Assembly (NCBI RefSeq): GCF_035084215.1
Contig: NC_090362.1
Location: 5,890,001 to 5,954,000, forward strand
Direction of reading: 5' to 3'
From: Heptranchias perlo
Taxonomy: Eukaryota
DNA: 64,000 nt
Shown here: positions 50,487 through 62,700 of the stretch, in pieces
Position numbering within the stretch: position 1 is the stretch's first letter
How the letters are laid out: each line of letters starts with the position of its first letter
Program-made: the position numbers and the translations under genes
The notes under the pieces: model-generated
The model's input: the letters and a program-made list of their open reading frames with translations, nothing else
What the model was told of the DNA's origin: nothing
The model's database searches: none

Positions 50487-50523
50487 TCACAAGCTTTCGG
50501 AGATTATCTCCTTCGTCAGGTGA
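50487..50523 (-). ncRNA. Minimal hammerhead ribozyme motif in the Penelope pseudo-LTR
   Basis: Reads UCAC-CUGACGA-A-GGAG(auaau)CUCC-GAAA-GCUU-GUGA: both conserved core boxes, stem II, palindromic stem III and UCAC/GUGA stem I. Confidence 0.75.
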
Positions 50524-52774
50524 GTGAGTGAAAGATTCTCAAATCGCATATCTTATCCGAAGAGGAAAGAGTCAAACTGGACTCCTCCGGAGGGTCGCTG
50601 CACTCAGCTTGACATGTATGCTCAAGCTGTCAGGAAATGCGTCAATGCCAGATTCATCAGCCGCACTCAGAAGACTGTCCAGAATGTCACCCGAGCACAA
50701 CGCAACACCATCAACGCTCTCAAGACCAACCGCAACATTGTCATCAAACCAGCGGACAAAGGAGGAGCCATCGTCATACAGAACAGAACGGACTATTGCA
50801 AAGAAGCATACCGACAACTGGACAACCAGGAACACTACAGACGGTTACCCGCAGATCCGACCAAAGAACACACCCACCAGCTCAACAAACTGATCAAGAC
50901 CTTCGATCCAGACCTTCAAAGCATCCTATGTGCTCTCATCCCACGTACTCCCTGCGTGGGAGACTTCTACTGCCTCCCAAAGATACTCAAAGCCAACACA
51001 CCCGGACGTCCTATCGTATCAGGCAACGGAACCCTGTGTGAGAACCTCTCTGGATACATCGAGGGCATCCTGAAACCCATCGTACAGGGAACCCCCAGCT
51101 TCTGTCGCGACACTACAGACTTCCTACAAAAACTCAGCACCCACGGACCAGTTGAACCAGGAACACTTCTCACCACGATGGATGTCTCGGCACGCTACAC
51201 CAGTATCCCCCACGATGACGGCATCGCTGCAACAACCTCAGTACTCAACACCAACAACAGCCAATCTCCGGACGCCATCCTACAACTCATCCGCTTCATC
51301 CTGGATCACAATGTCTTCACCTTCGATAATCAGTTCTTTACCCAAACACACGGAATAGCCATGGGGACAAAATTCGCACCCCAATACGCCAACATTTTCA
51401 TGCACAAGTTCGAGCACGACTTCTTCACTGCACAGGACCTCCAACCAACGCTATACACCAGATACATCGACGACATTTTCTTCCTATGGACCCACGGCGA
51501 AGAATCACTGAAGAGACTACACGATAACATCAACAAGTTCCATCCCACCATCAAACTCACCATGGACTACTCCTCTGAATCGGTTTCTTTCTTGGACACA
51601 CAAATCTCCATCAAAGACGGGCACCTCAGCACCTCACTCTACCGCAAGCCCACGGACAACCTCACGATGCTCCACTTTTCCAGCTTCCGCCCTAACCATG
51701 TCAAAGAGGCCATCCCCTATGGACAGGCCCTGCGACTACACAGGATCTGCTCAGACGAGGAGGAACGCGATGGACACCTACAGACGCTGAAAGACGCCCT
51801 CGTAAGAACGGGATAATACGCTTGACTTGTCGATCGACAGTTCCGACAGGCCACAGCGAAGAATCGCATAGACCTCCTCAGAAGACAAACACGGGACGCA
51901 ACCAACAGAGTACCCTTTGTCGTCCAGTACTTCCCCGGAGCGGAGAAATTACGCCATGTTCTCCGCAGCCTTCAACATGTCATCGATGACGACGAACACC
52001 TCGCTAAGGCCATCCCCACGCCTCCACTACTCGCCTTTAAACAGCCACCCAACCTCAAACAGACTATCGTTCGCAGCAAATTACCCAGCTTTCAGGAGAA
52101 CAGCGTCCACGACACCACACAACCCTGCCACAGCAACCTCTGCAAGACATGCCAGATCATCGACACAGATACCACCATCACACGAGAGGACACCACCCAC
52201 CAGGTACATGGTTCATACTCCTGTGACTCGGCCAACGTTGTCTACCTCATACGTTGCAGGAAAGGATGCCCCGGAGCATGGTACATTGGCGAGACCATGC
52301 AGACGCTGCGACAACGGATGAACGGACACCGCGCAACAATCGCCAGACAGGAGGGTTCCCTCCCAGTCGGGGAACACTTCAGCAGTCAAGAACATTCAGC
52401 CTCCGATCTTCGGGTAAGCGTTCTCCAAGGCGGCCCTCGAGACACACGACAACGCAAAATCGTCGAGCAGAAATTGATAGCCAAGTTCTGCACCCATGTG
52501 GACGGCCTCAACCGGGATCTTGGGTTCATGTCACGCTACACGTAACCCCACCAGCAGGAAGAAAAAAAGTTATCTGTTTTTAATACAACTGGACATTCTC
52601 TGCCTTTCGGGTCTCTTTCTCTCTCTGGCTTTGTAATCTGACCCTTGTGTATTCAGTATACTGGGATGTACTGTTTTCTGTGGCTAACCTGTCTGAACAC
52701 CAACGACACCTTTGATTGGTGTGATCGTGTCCCAGCCTAATATAAGATATGCGATTTGAGAACCTTTCACTCAC

Positions 52775-52811
52775 TCAACTGACGAAGGAGATAATCTCCG
52801 AAAGCTTGTGA
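52775..52811 (+). ncRNA. Second hammerhead ribozyme motif (3' pseudo-LTR; one stem I mismatch)
   Basis: tcaa-ctgacga-a-ggagataatctcc-gaaa-gctt-gtga. Confidence 0.7.
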
Positions 52812-53379
52812 TTTTCAAATAAAACTGTTGGACTATAACCTGGTGTTGTAAGATTCCTTACATTTGTCCAACCCAGTCCATCACCGGCATCTCCACATCA
52901 TAATATGATTAGGCAGAGTCACCATGGTTTTATGAAAGGGAAATCATGTTTGACAAATTTATTAGAGTTTTTTGAGGATGTAGCTAGTAGGGTAAATAAA
53001 GGGGAACCAGTGGATGAGGTATATTTGGATTGTCAAAAGGCATTCGATAAGGTGCCACATAAAAGGTTGTTACACAAGGTAAGGGCTCATGGGGTTGGGG
53101 GTAATATATTAGCATGGATAAAGGATTGGTTAAAGGAGAGAAAACAGAGAGTAGGGATGAGTAGGGAGTTTGGGTGAAAGTTCTAGTTCCTGAAACAATG
53201 GAAACAGAAAGTAATTGGTCACCAACAAATTGGGTCCCCTGGTTATTTCGGGAGTCAGCAAGAAATACCAGACAGAAGGTTTCCCTGTGGTGTCATCACC
53301 GGCCTCAGAAGATTAGATACATTTGCTAAGAGAGAGCAACTTGTACATGGTCTGTGGAGGAGGTGGGGGGGGGGGGGCG

Positions 53380-55060
53380 GTGAAGAAAGAAAGAAAGAGC
53401 ATACCAGAAATGGTGGGGAACCAAGCGGCTAATGAGAGTGAGGAACTTAAAATAATTAATATCAGTAGAGAAAAAGTACTGGAGAAACCAATGGGACTAA
53501 AAGCCCCTGGACCTGATGGCCTAGATCCTAAGGTTCTAAAAGAGGTGGCTGGAGAGATAGTGGGTGCATTGGTTGTGATCTTCCAAAATTCCCAAGATTG
53601 TAGAACGGTCCCAGTGGATTGGAAGGTGGCAAATGTAACGCTGTTATTCAAGAAGGGAGTGAGAGAGAAAATAGGGAAATATAGGCTAGTTAAGCTGACA
53701 TTGGTCATCGGGAAAATGCTGGAATCCATTATTAAGGAAGTGGTAACACGGCACTTAGAAAATCATAATATGATTAGGCAGAGTCACCATGGTTTTATGA
53801 AAGGGAAATCATGTTTGACAAATTTATTAGAATTTTTTGAGGATGTAGCTAGTAGGGTAAATAAAGGGGAACCAGTGGATGAGGTATATTTGGATAGTCA
53901 AAAGGCATTCGATAAGGTGCCACATAAAAGGTTGTTACACAAGGTAAGGGCTCATGGGGTTGGGGGTAATATATGAGCATGGATAAAGGACTGGTTAAAG
54001 GACAGAAAACAGAGAGTAGGGATGAACGGGTTATTTTCAGGTTGGCAGGCTGTAACTAATGGGGTGCCACAAGGATCGGTGCGTGGGCCTCACCTATTTA
54101 CAATCTATATTAATGACTTAGATGACGGGACCGAGTGTAATGTGTCCAAATTTGCTGACAATACAAAGCTAGGTGGGAAAGTAAGCTGTGAGGAGGACAC
54201 AAAGAGTCTGCAAAGGGATATAGACAGGTTAAGTGAGTGGGCAAGAAGTTGGCAGATGGAGTATAATGTGGGGAAATGTGAGGTTATTCACTTTGGTAGG
54301 AAGAATAGAAAAACAGAATATTTTTTAAATGGTGAGAAACTATTAAATATTGGTGTTCAGAAAGATTTGAGTGCCCTCGTACAAGAAACACGAAAAGTTA
54401 GTATGCAGGTACAACAGGCAATTAGGAAAGCAAATGGCATGTTGGCCTTTATTGCAAGGGGGTTGGAGTACAAAATAGGGAAGTCTTACTACAGTTGTAC
54501 AGGGCTTTAATGAGACCCCACCTGGAGTACTGAGTACAGTTTTGGTCTCCTTATCCAAGGAAGGATATGCTTGCCTTAGAGGCAGTGCAACGAAGGTTCA
54601 CTAGATTAATTCCTGGGATGAAAGAGTTATCCTATGATGAGAGGTTGAGTAAACTCTCTGGAGTTTAGAAGTATGAGAGGTGATCTCATTGAAACATACC
54701 AGATTCTAAGGGGTCTTGACAGGGTAGATGCGGAGAGGTTGTTTCCCCTGGCTGGAGAATCTAGAACTAGGGGGCATAATCTCAGGATAAGGGGTCAGCC
54801 ATTTAATTCTGAGATGAGGAGGAATTTCTTCACTCAGAGGGTTGTGAATCTTTTGAATTCTCTACCCCAGAGGGCTGTGGATGCTGAGTCGTTGAATATA
54901 TTCAAGGCTGAGATCAACAGATTTTTGGGAATCAAAGAATATGGGGATCGGGCGGGAAAGTGGAGTTGAAGTCGAAGATCAACCATGTTCTGATTGAATG
55001 GCGGAGCAGGCACGAGGGGCTGTATGGCCTACTCCTGCTCCTATTTCTTATGTTCTTATG
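53380..55060 (+). mobile_element. CR1 LINE, 5'-truncated, disrupted; a near-identical partial duplicate lies at 50392-50433 + 52911-53160
   Basis: KAPGPDGL, SHHGFMKGKSCLTNLLEFF, GVPQGSV, FADNTKL, RGDLIETY. Confidence 0.92.
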
Positions 55061-55274
55061 GAAGAAAGAAAGAAGGAGTACTTTTGAAGTGTAGTCACTA
55101 TTGTAATGTAGGAAACACGGCAGCCAATTTGCACACAGCAAGGTCTCATAAACAGCAATGCGGGAATGACCAGATAATCTGTTCTAGTGATGTTGGTTGA
55201 GGGATAAATATTGTCCAGGACATCGGGGAGACGTTAGGGCCCTATAACTTGCGTGGGACTCCGATTCAAATATT

Positions 55275-56345
55275 AGAACATAAGAAATAAGAGCAGGAGT
55301 AGGCCATAAGGCCCCTTGAGCCTGCTCCATGGCTGATCTTCAACCTCAACTCCACTTTCCTGCCCAATCCCCATATCCCTTGATTCCCCTAGAGTACAAA
55401 AATCTATTCATCTCAGCCTTGAACATATTCAACGACTCAGCATTCACAATCCATATTGAAATAAGTTTTCTGCCTGTTTCATTTTGTGGCCCGCTCAAAG
55501 ATCGAGTTGGGCAGACTTCAGGTATCCAATGGGTGGGAGATTGTTTTTAATCGTCGTCTGTCAACTACCCCGATTTTCAGTGGGAACTGAGCGGTATATG
55601 GGCAAAAATCACCCCCATGGTGTCTGGAGTGAAGCTGGTCTTTCATGTTAGAACATAAGAACATCAAGAAATAGGAGCAGGAGTAAGCCATACGGCCCCT
55701 CGAGCCTGCTCCACCATTCAATAAGATCATGGTTGATATTCGACTTCAACTCCACTTTCCCGCCCAATCCCCCTATCCCTTGATTCCCTTAGAGTCCAAA
55801 AATCTATCGATCTCAGTCTTGAATATATTCAATGTCTCAACATTCACAGCCCTCTGGGGTAGAGAATTCCAAATATTCACAACCCTCTGAGTGAAGAAAT
55901 TCCTCCTTATCTCAATCCTAAACATCCGACCCCTTATCCTGAGACTGTGTCCCATAGTTCTAGACTCTCCAGCCAGGGGAAATATCCTGTCAGCATCTAC
56001 CCTGTCAAGCCTTCTTTGAATCTTATATGTTTCAATGAGATCACTTCTCATTTTCTAAACTCCAGACAGTATTCTACTCAATCTCTCTTCATAGGACAAC
56101 CCTCTCATCCCAGGAATTAATCTAGTGAGCCTTTGTTGCACCACCTCTAAAGCAAGTATATCCTTCCTTAGGTAAGGAAACCAAAACTGCACACAGTACT
56201 CCAGGTGAGGTCTCACCAAAGCCCTGTACAATTGCAGCAAAACTTCCTTACCCTTTACTCTAACCTCCTTGCAATAAAGGCCAACATACCATTTGCTTTC
56301 CTAATTGCTTGTTGTACTGCATGTTAACTTGCAGTGTTTCATGTG
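55275..56345 (-). mobile_element. Two CR1 3' fragments (55275-55445, 55648-56345)
   Basis: LYRALVRPHLEYCVQFW, RSDLIETYKI; agaacataagaa tails. Confidence 0.85.
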
Positions 56346-56355
56346 CAAAGTTACC

Positions 56356-56793
56356 AGCCGTGGCTCGGTAGGTAGCTCTATTGCCTCTGAGTTAGAAGGT
56401 TGTGGGTTCAAGCTCCACTCCAGAAATTTGATTACCAAATCTAGATATACCTAGTGCAGTACTGAGAGAGTGCTGCACTGTTGGTGGTGCTGTTTTTCGG
56501 ATGAGTCGTTAAACCGAGGGCCTGAACGCCCTCTCAGGTGGATATAAAAGGTCCCATGATACTATTTGAAGAAGAGCTCTCCCTTATGTCCTGGCCAACA
56601 TTTATCCCTCAACGAACATCAAAAACTGATTATTTCATTGCTGTTTGTGGGATCTTGCTGCGTGCAAATAGGTGGTCAGGTTTCCTACAGTACAACAGTG
56701 ACTACACTTCAAAAGTATTTAATTGGCTGTAAAGCGCTTTGGGACATCCTGAGGTCATGAAAGGCGCTATATAAATGCAAGTTTTTCTTCTTC
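56356..56793 (+). mobile_element. Full-length tRNA-derived Deu-domain SINE (SacSINE1/AmnSINE-like)
   Basis: A box TGGCTCGGTAGG (56361), B box GGTTCAAGCTCC (56405), central gctgtttgtgggatcttgctg, L2-type tail aaagcgctttgggacatcctgaggtcatgaaaggcgctatataaatgcaag. Confidence 0.85.
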
Positions 56794-56799
56794 AGGCCA

Positions 56800-59700
56800 C
56801 TTGGCTTCAAATCCAACTGTGTGATGTGATAAACATCTTGTCTGTCGCTCGCTGTAAGGGTTCTTTGCCAAATGAGTTTGGGTATGCTCGATGGAGGTTC
56901 TGATGGGCACAAATCTGCTCACCAATTGGTGTGAAATTAGCACCTTCACTCAGATAGGTCACATGGCGGCCGTGTGGGAGATGGAGAAAAGCTGCAGTAG
57001 AGTTTGCTGTTCAGTTCCCCAGCAGGACTAAAATCCGATTTACCGATGGTTGTAACTGTTTGTCATGTTATACTCTTCCATTTAATTTTGACAAATCCAT
57101 ACTAACTCATCCTTTGCCATTTGGTTTTGGGAATACAGCAGATTCCATCACCCAAGAAGTCACAGCAACCATCGCGACAAGTTGCTCTTTCTCCCTTGGT
57201 ACATTGGACGTACACCAAGGAACAGAGATGAAGACAGGATCTACATCAGGATTCAGTTCGATCTGCTCCTGCGGTCCCCTGAGCCTAGTCCATTCAAGGG
57301 ATCAGATCCTTTGCCTTATCGTGGACAACCGGCATCCCCTCTGGTCATGGGTCTGAAGGCTTCTATCACTGGGGGGGGTCAGAATACTCACGGAGATCTG
57401 GCATAACACGGGTTGCATGTTCAACCAATTTCTCTTCTTTAGACAAGTGTCCCTTGATTTTGCCATTTACATTCAGGGATATCCTGGTCCATATAACGTC
57501 TTGGTTAGGTTCTGTAATCAAGGTCTCTGAACAGAGGGTCTCTATAGTGAGAATCTCTATAGTGTCGGTTTCCCCGGTGTTGGTTTCTCCGGTGTCGGAT
57601 TCTGTTGAGTCGGTTTCTCCGGAGTCGGTTTTCCCAGTGTCGGTTTCCCGATGTCAGTTTCCCCGGTGTCGGTTTTCCCGATGTCAGTTTCCCCGGTGTC
57701 GGTTTTCCCAGTGTCAGTTTCCCCAGTGTCGGTTTTCCCGATGTCGGTTTTCCCGATGTCGGTTTTCCAAGTGTCAGTTTCCCAGGTGTCGGTTTTCCCG
57801 ATGTCGGTTTCCCTGGTGTCGGTTTTCCCGATGTTGGTTTTCCCTGTTATCAGTCTTCCCCAGTGTCGGTTTTCCTGATGTCGGTTTTCCCAGTGTCAGT
57901 TTCCCCAGTGTCGGTTTTCCCAGTGTGGGATTCTCCGGTGTCGGATTCTCCGGTGTCGGTTTCCCCAGGGTCGGTTTCCCCGGTGTCGGTTTCCCTGGGG
58001 TCGGTTTCCCCGGGGTCGGTTTCCCCAGTGTCGGTTTCCCCGGTGTCGGATTCTCTGGTGTCGGTTTCCCCGGGGTCGGTTTCCCCAGTGTCGGTTTCCC
58101 CAGTGTCGGTTTCCCCGGTGTCGGATTCTCCGGTGTCGGATTCTCCGGTGTCGGTTTCCCCAGTGTCGGATTCTCCGGTGTCGGTTTCCCCGCGGTCGGT
58201 TTCCCCGGTGTCAGTTTCCCCGGGGTCGGATTCTCCGATGTCAGTTTCCCCGGGGTCGGTTTCCCCGGTTTCGGATTCTCCGATGTCGGTTTCCCTGGTG
58301 TCGGTTTCCCCGGTTTCGGATTCTCCGATGTCGGTTTCCCCGGTTTTGGATTCTCCGGTGTCGGATTCTCCGGTGTCAGTTTCCCCAGTGTCGGTTTCCC
58401 CAGTGTCAGTTTCTACGGTGTCGGCTTCCCCGGGGTCGGTTTGCCCGGTTTCGGATTCCCCGGGGTCGGATTCTCTGGTGTCGGTTTCCCCGGTGTCGGT
58501 TTCCCCGGGGTCGGTTTCCCCGGTGTCGGATTCTCAGATGTCAGTTTCCCCGGGGTCGGTTTCCCCGGTTTCGGATTCTCCGATGTCGGTTTCCCCGGTG
58601 TCGGTTTCCCTGGTTTTGGATTCTCCGGTGTCGGATTCTCCGGTGTCAGTTTCCCCGGTGTCGGTTTCCCCTGTGTCGGTTTCTCCGGTGTCGGCTTCCC
58701 CGGGGTCGGATTCTCCGGTGTCGGTTTCCCCGGGGTCGGATTCTCTGGTGTCGGTTTCTCCGATGTCGGTTTCCCAGGTGTCGGTTTCCCGGGGTCGGAT
58801 TCCTGGGGTCGGTTTTCCCGGTGTCGGTTTCCCCGGTGTCGGTTTTCCCGGGGTTGGTTCCTCCGATGTCAGTTTCCCCGGTGTCGGTTTCCCCGGGGTC
58901 GGATTCTCCGATGTCGGTTTCCCCGGTGTCGGATTCTCCGGTGTCAGTTTCCCCGGGGTCGGTTTCCCCGGTTTCGGATTCTCCGGTGTCAGTTTCCCCA
59001 GTGTCGGTTTCCACGGTGTCAGTTTCTCCGGTGTCGGTTTCCCCGGTGTCGGTTTCTCCGGTGTCGGTTACCCCAGGGTCGGATTCTCTGGTGTCGGTTT
59101 CTCCGATGTCGGTTTCCCAGGTGTCGGATTCTCCGGTGTCGGTTTCCCCGGTTTCGGTTTCCCCAGTGTCGGTTTCCCTGGGGTCGGTTTCCCCGGGGTC
59201 GGATTCTCCAATGTCAGTTTCCCCGGGGTCGGTTTCCCCGGTTTCGGATTCTCCGATGTCGGTTTCCCCGGTGTCGGTTTCCCCGGTTTCGGATTCTCCG
59301 ATGTCGGTTTCCCCGGTTTTGGATTCTCCGGTGTCGGATTCTCCGGTGTCAGTTACCCCGGTGTCGGTTTCCCCTGTGTCGGTTTCTCCGGTGTCGGTTT
59401 CCCCGGTGTCGGTTTTCCCGGTGTCGGTTTTCCCGGTGTCGGTTTTCCCGGGGTTGGTTCCTCCGATGTCGGTTTCCCCGGTGTCGGTTTCCCCGGTGTC
59501 GGATTCTCTGGTGTCGTTTTCCCCGGTGTCAGATTCTCCGGTGTCGGTTTCCCCGGGGTCGGATTCTCCGATGTCAGTTTCCCCGGGGTCGGTTTCCCCG
59601 GTTTCGGATTCTCCGATGTCGGTTTCCCCGGTGTCGGATTCTCCGGTGTCGGTTTCCCCAGTGTCAGTTTCTCCGGTGTCGGTTTCCCCGGTGTCGGTTT

Positions 59701-62700
59701 CTCCGATGTCGGTTTCCCAGGTGTCGGATTCTCCGGTGTCGGTTTCCCCGGTTTCGGTTTCCCCAGTGTCGGTTTCCCCGGGGTCGGTTTCCCCGGTGTC
59801 GGTTTCCCCGGGGTCGGATTCTCCGATGTCAGTTTCCCCGGGGTCGGTTTCCCCGGTTTCGGATTCTCCGATGTCGGTTTCCCCGGTGTCGGTTTCCCTG
59901 GTTTCGGATTCTCCGATGTCAGTTTCCCCGGTGTCGGTTTCCCTGGTTTCGGATTCTCCGGTGTCGGTTTCCCCGGTGTCGGTTTCTCCGGTGTCGGTTA
60001 CCCCGGGGTCGGATTCTCTGGTGTCGGTTTCTCCGATGTCGGTTTCCCAGGTGTCGGATTCTCCGGTGTCGGTTTCCCCGGTTTCGGTTTCCCCAGTGTC
60101 GGTTTCCCTGGGGTCGGTTTCCCCGGGGTCGGATTCTCCAATGTCAGTTTCCCCGGGGTCGGTTTCCCCGGTTTCGGATTCTCCGATGTCGGTTTCCCCG
60201 GTGTCGGTTTCCCCGGTTTCGGATTCTCCGATGTCGGCTTCCCCGGTTTTGGATTCTCCGGTGTCGGATTCTCCGGTGTCAGTTTCCACGGTGTCGGTTT
60301 CCCCTGTGTCGGTTTCTCCGGTGTCGGTTTCCCCGGTGTCGGTTTTCCCGGTGTCGGTTTTCCCGGTGTCGGTTTTCCCGGGGTTGGTTCCTCCGATGTC
60401 GGTTTCCCCGGTGTCGGTTTCCCCGGTGTCGGATTCTCTGGTGTCGTTTTCCCCGGTGTCAGATTCTCCGGTGTCGGTTTCCCCGGTGTCGGTTTCCCCG
60501 GGGTTGGATTCTCCGATGTCAGTTTCCCCGGGGTCGGTTTCCCCGGTTTCGGATTCTCCGATGTCGGTTTCCTCGGTGTCGGATTCTCCGGTGTCGGTTT
60601 CCCCAGTGTCAGTTTCTCCGGTGTCGGTTTCCCCAGTGTCGGTTTCTCCGGTGTCGGTTTCCCCGGGGTCGGATTCTCTGGTGTCGGTTTCTCTGATGTC
60701 GGTTTCCCAGGTGTTGGTTTCCCGGGGTCGGATTCCCGGGGTCGGTTTCCCCGGTGTCGGTTTTCCCAGTGTCGGTTTCCCCGGTTTCGGATTCTCCGAT
60801 GTCGGTTTCCCCGGTTTTGGATTCTCCGGTGTCGGATTCTCCGGTGTCAGTTTCCCCGGTGTCGGTTTCCCCTGTGTCGGTTTCTCCGGTGTCGGCTTCC
60901 CCGGGGTCGGATTCTCTGGTGTCGGTTTCCCCGGGGTCGGTTTCCCCAGTGTCGGTTTCTCCGGTGTCGGTTTCCCCGGGGTCGGATTCTCTGGTGTCGG
61001 TTTCCCCGCTGTCGGATTCTCCGGTGTCGGTTTACCCGGTGTCAGATTCTCCGGTGTCGGATTCTCCGATGTCGGTTTCCCCGGTGTCGGATTCTCCGGT
61101 GTCAGTTTCCCCAGTGTCGGTTTCCACGGTGTCAGTTTCTCCGGTGTCGGTTTCCGCGGTGTCGGTTTCTCCGGTGTCGGTTACCCCGGGGTCGGATTCT
61201 TTGGTGTCGGATTCTCTGGTGTCGGTTTCTCCGATGTCGGTTTCCCAGGTGTCGGATTCTCTGGTGTCGGTTTCCCCGGTTTCGGTTTCCCCAGTGTCGG
61301 TTTCCCCGGGGTCGGTTTCCCCGGTGTCGGTTTCCCCGGTGTCGGTTTCCCCGGGGTTGGTTTCTCCGATGTCGGTTTCCCCAGTGTCGGTTTTCCCGGG
61401 GTCGGTTTCTCCGATGTCAGTTTCCCCGGGGTCGGTTTCCCCGGGGTTGGTTCCTCCGATGTCGGTTTCCCCGGGGTCGGTTTCCCCAGTGTCGGTTTCC
61501 CCGGGGTCGGTTTCCCCAGTGTCGGTTTCCCCGGGGTCGGTTTCCCCGGGGTCGGTTTCCCCGGGGTTGGTTCCTCCGATGTCGGTTTCCCCGGGGTCGG
61601 TTTCCCCAGTGTCGGTTTCCCCGGGATCGGTTTCCCCGGGGTCGGTTCCTCCGATGTCGGTTTCCCCGGGGTCGGTTTCCCCAGTGTCGGTTTCCCCAGG
61701 GTCGGTTTCCCCGGGGTTGGTTCCTCCGATGTCGGTTTCCCCGGGGTCGGTTTCCCCGGGGTTGGTTCCTCCGATGTCGGTTTCCCCAGTGTCGGTTTCC
61801 CCGGGGTCGATTTCCCCGGGGTTGGTTCCTCCGATATCGGTTTCCCCGGGGTCGGTTTCCCCAGTGTCGGTTTCCCCGGGGTTGGTTTCCCCGGGGTTGG
61901 TTCCTCCGATGTCGGTTTCCCCGGGGTCGGTTTCCCCGGGGTTGGTTCCTCCGATGTCGGTTTCCCCGGGGTTGGTTCCTCCGATGTCGGTTCCTCCGAT
62001 GTCGGTTTCCCCGGGGTTGGTTCCTCCGATGTCGGTTTCCCCGGGGTTGGTTCCTCCGATGTCGGTTTCCCCAGTGTCAGCGCTGGGATTCCTGACTGTG
62101 AAGTTGACTCCATTGATTTTGAAATGCATTAAGCTGTTATGACGGGGCAACCTGAGTGTCGGGGTGGGGGGGGGCAGGTGGCGTTTGCTCTTTTTCTTGT
62201 ACGTCCTCCAGGAATGCTTGCTCCTGTTCACTCTCCTGAGTGGCACCAATGGTTTTCTGTTTCCAGCACGCTGCCTGGAAATGCCTCTTCTTCTGATGTG
62301 CGGAGATTTGTGTCCCCGGCAGGGAGGCGTCCCAAGGCCAGGGAGTTTTTTTTCAGTTCACCCTCCACATACTTTTGCCTCATATTATACTTACACGGCG
62401 ACACTTGCTGACTGCTCAGGATTTCCCCATCCCTTCAGCTGATTGGTTTGAGAATTTGAATTCAGTTTATCAATATATAAATAACTAAATAAATGCACGA
62501 ATAAATGATTCAATAGATAAATAAACAAACAAATAAATAAATAATTCTGGAATAAAGAGCTGGTGTCATTATTAAAACCCATCTAGTTCACTAATGTCCT
62601 TTAGGGAAGGAAACCTGCCGTCCTTACCCGGTCTGGGCCTATATGTGACTCCAGTCCCGCACCAATGTGGTTAGCTCTTCACTTCCCTCTGAAGTGGTCT

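Larger units (their letters stand above)
50434..52896 (+). mobile_element. Penelope-like element (Neptune-type RT + GIY-YIG), 5'-truncated, with inverted pseudo-LTR at the 5' end
   Basis: ORF 50524-51816 has IKPADKGG, GRPIVS, GIAMG and RYIDD. The same frame continues past two stops to CHSNLCKTC...NVVYLIRC...YIGET...RMNGH, ending 52545. 50435-50556 is the inverse of 52742-52863. Flanking direct repeat ATCATAATATGATT at 50420-50433 and 52897-52910. Confidence 0.95.

Noticed and set aside
56356-56430. tRNA gene
   Set aside because: The A/B boxes belong to a SINE head that continues into the SINE body and tail.
57454-62249. ORFs up to 1496 aa resembling elastin (VGFPG), mucin (KPTPG) or acidic repeats
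   Set aside because: The 15-bp unit is open in most frames, has internal frameshifts, shows no leader or splice context, and lies in a dead Gypsy element.
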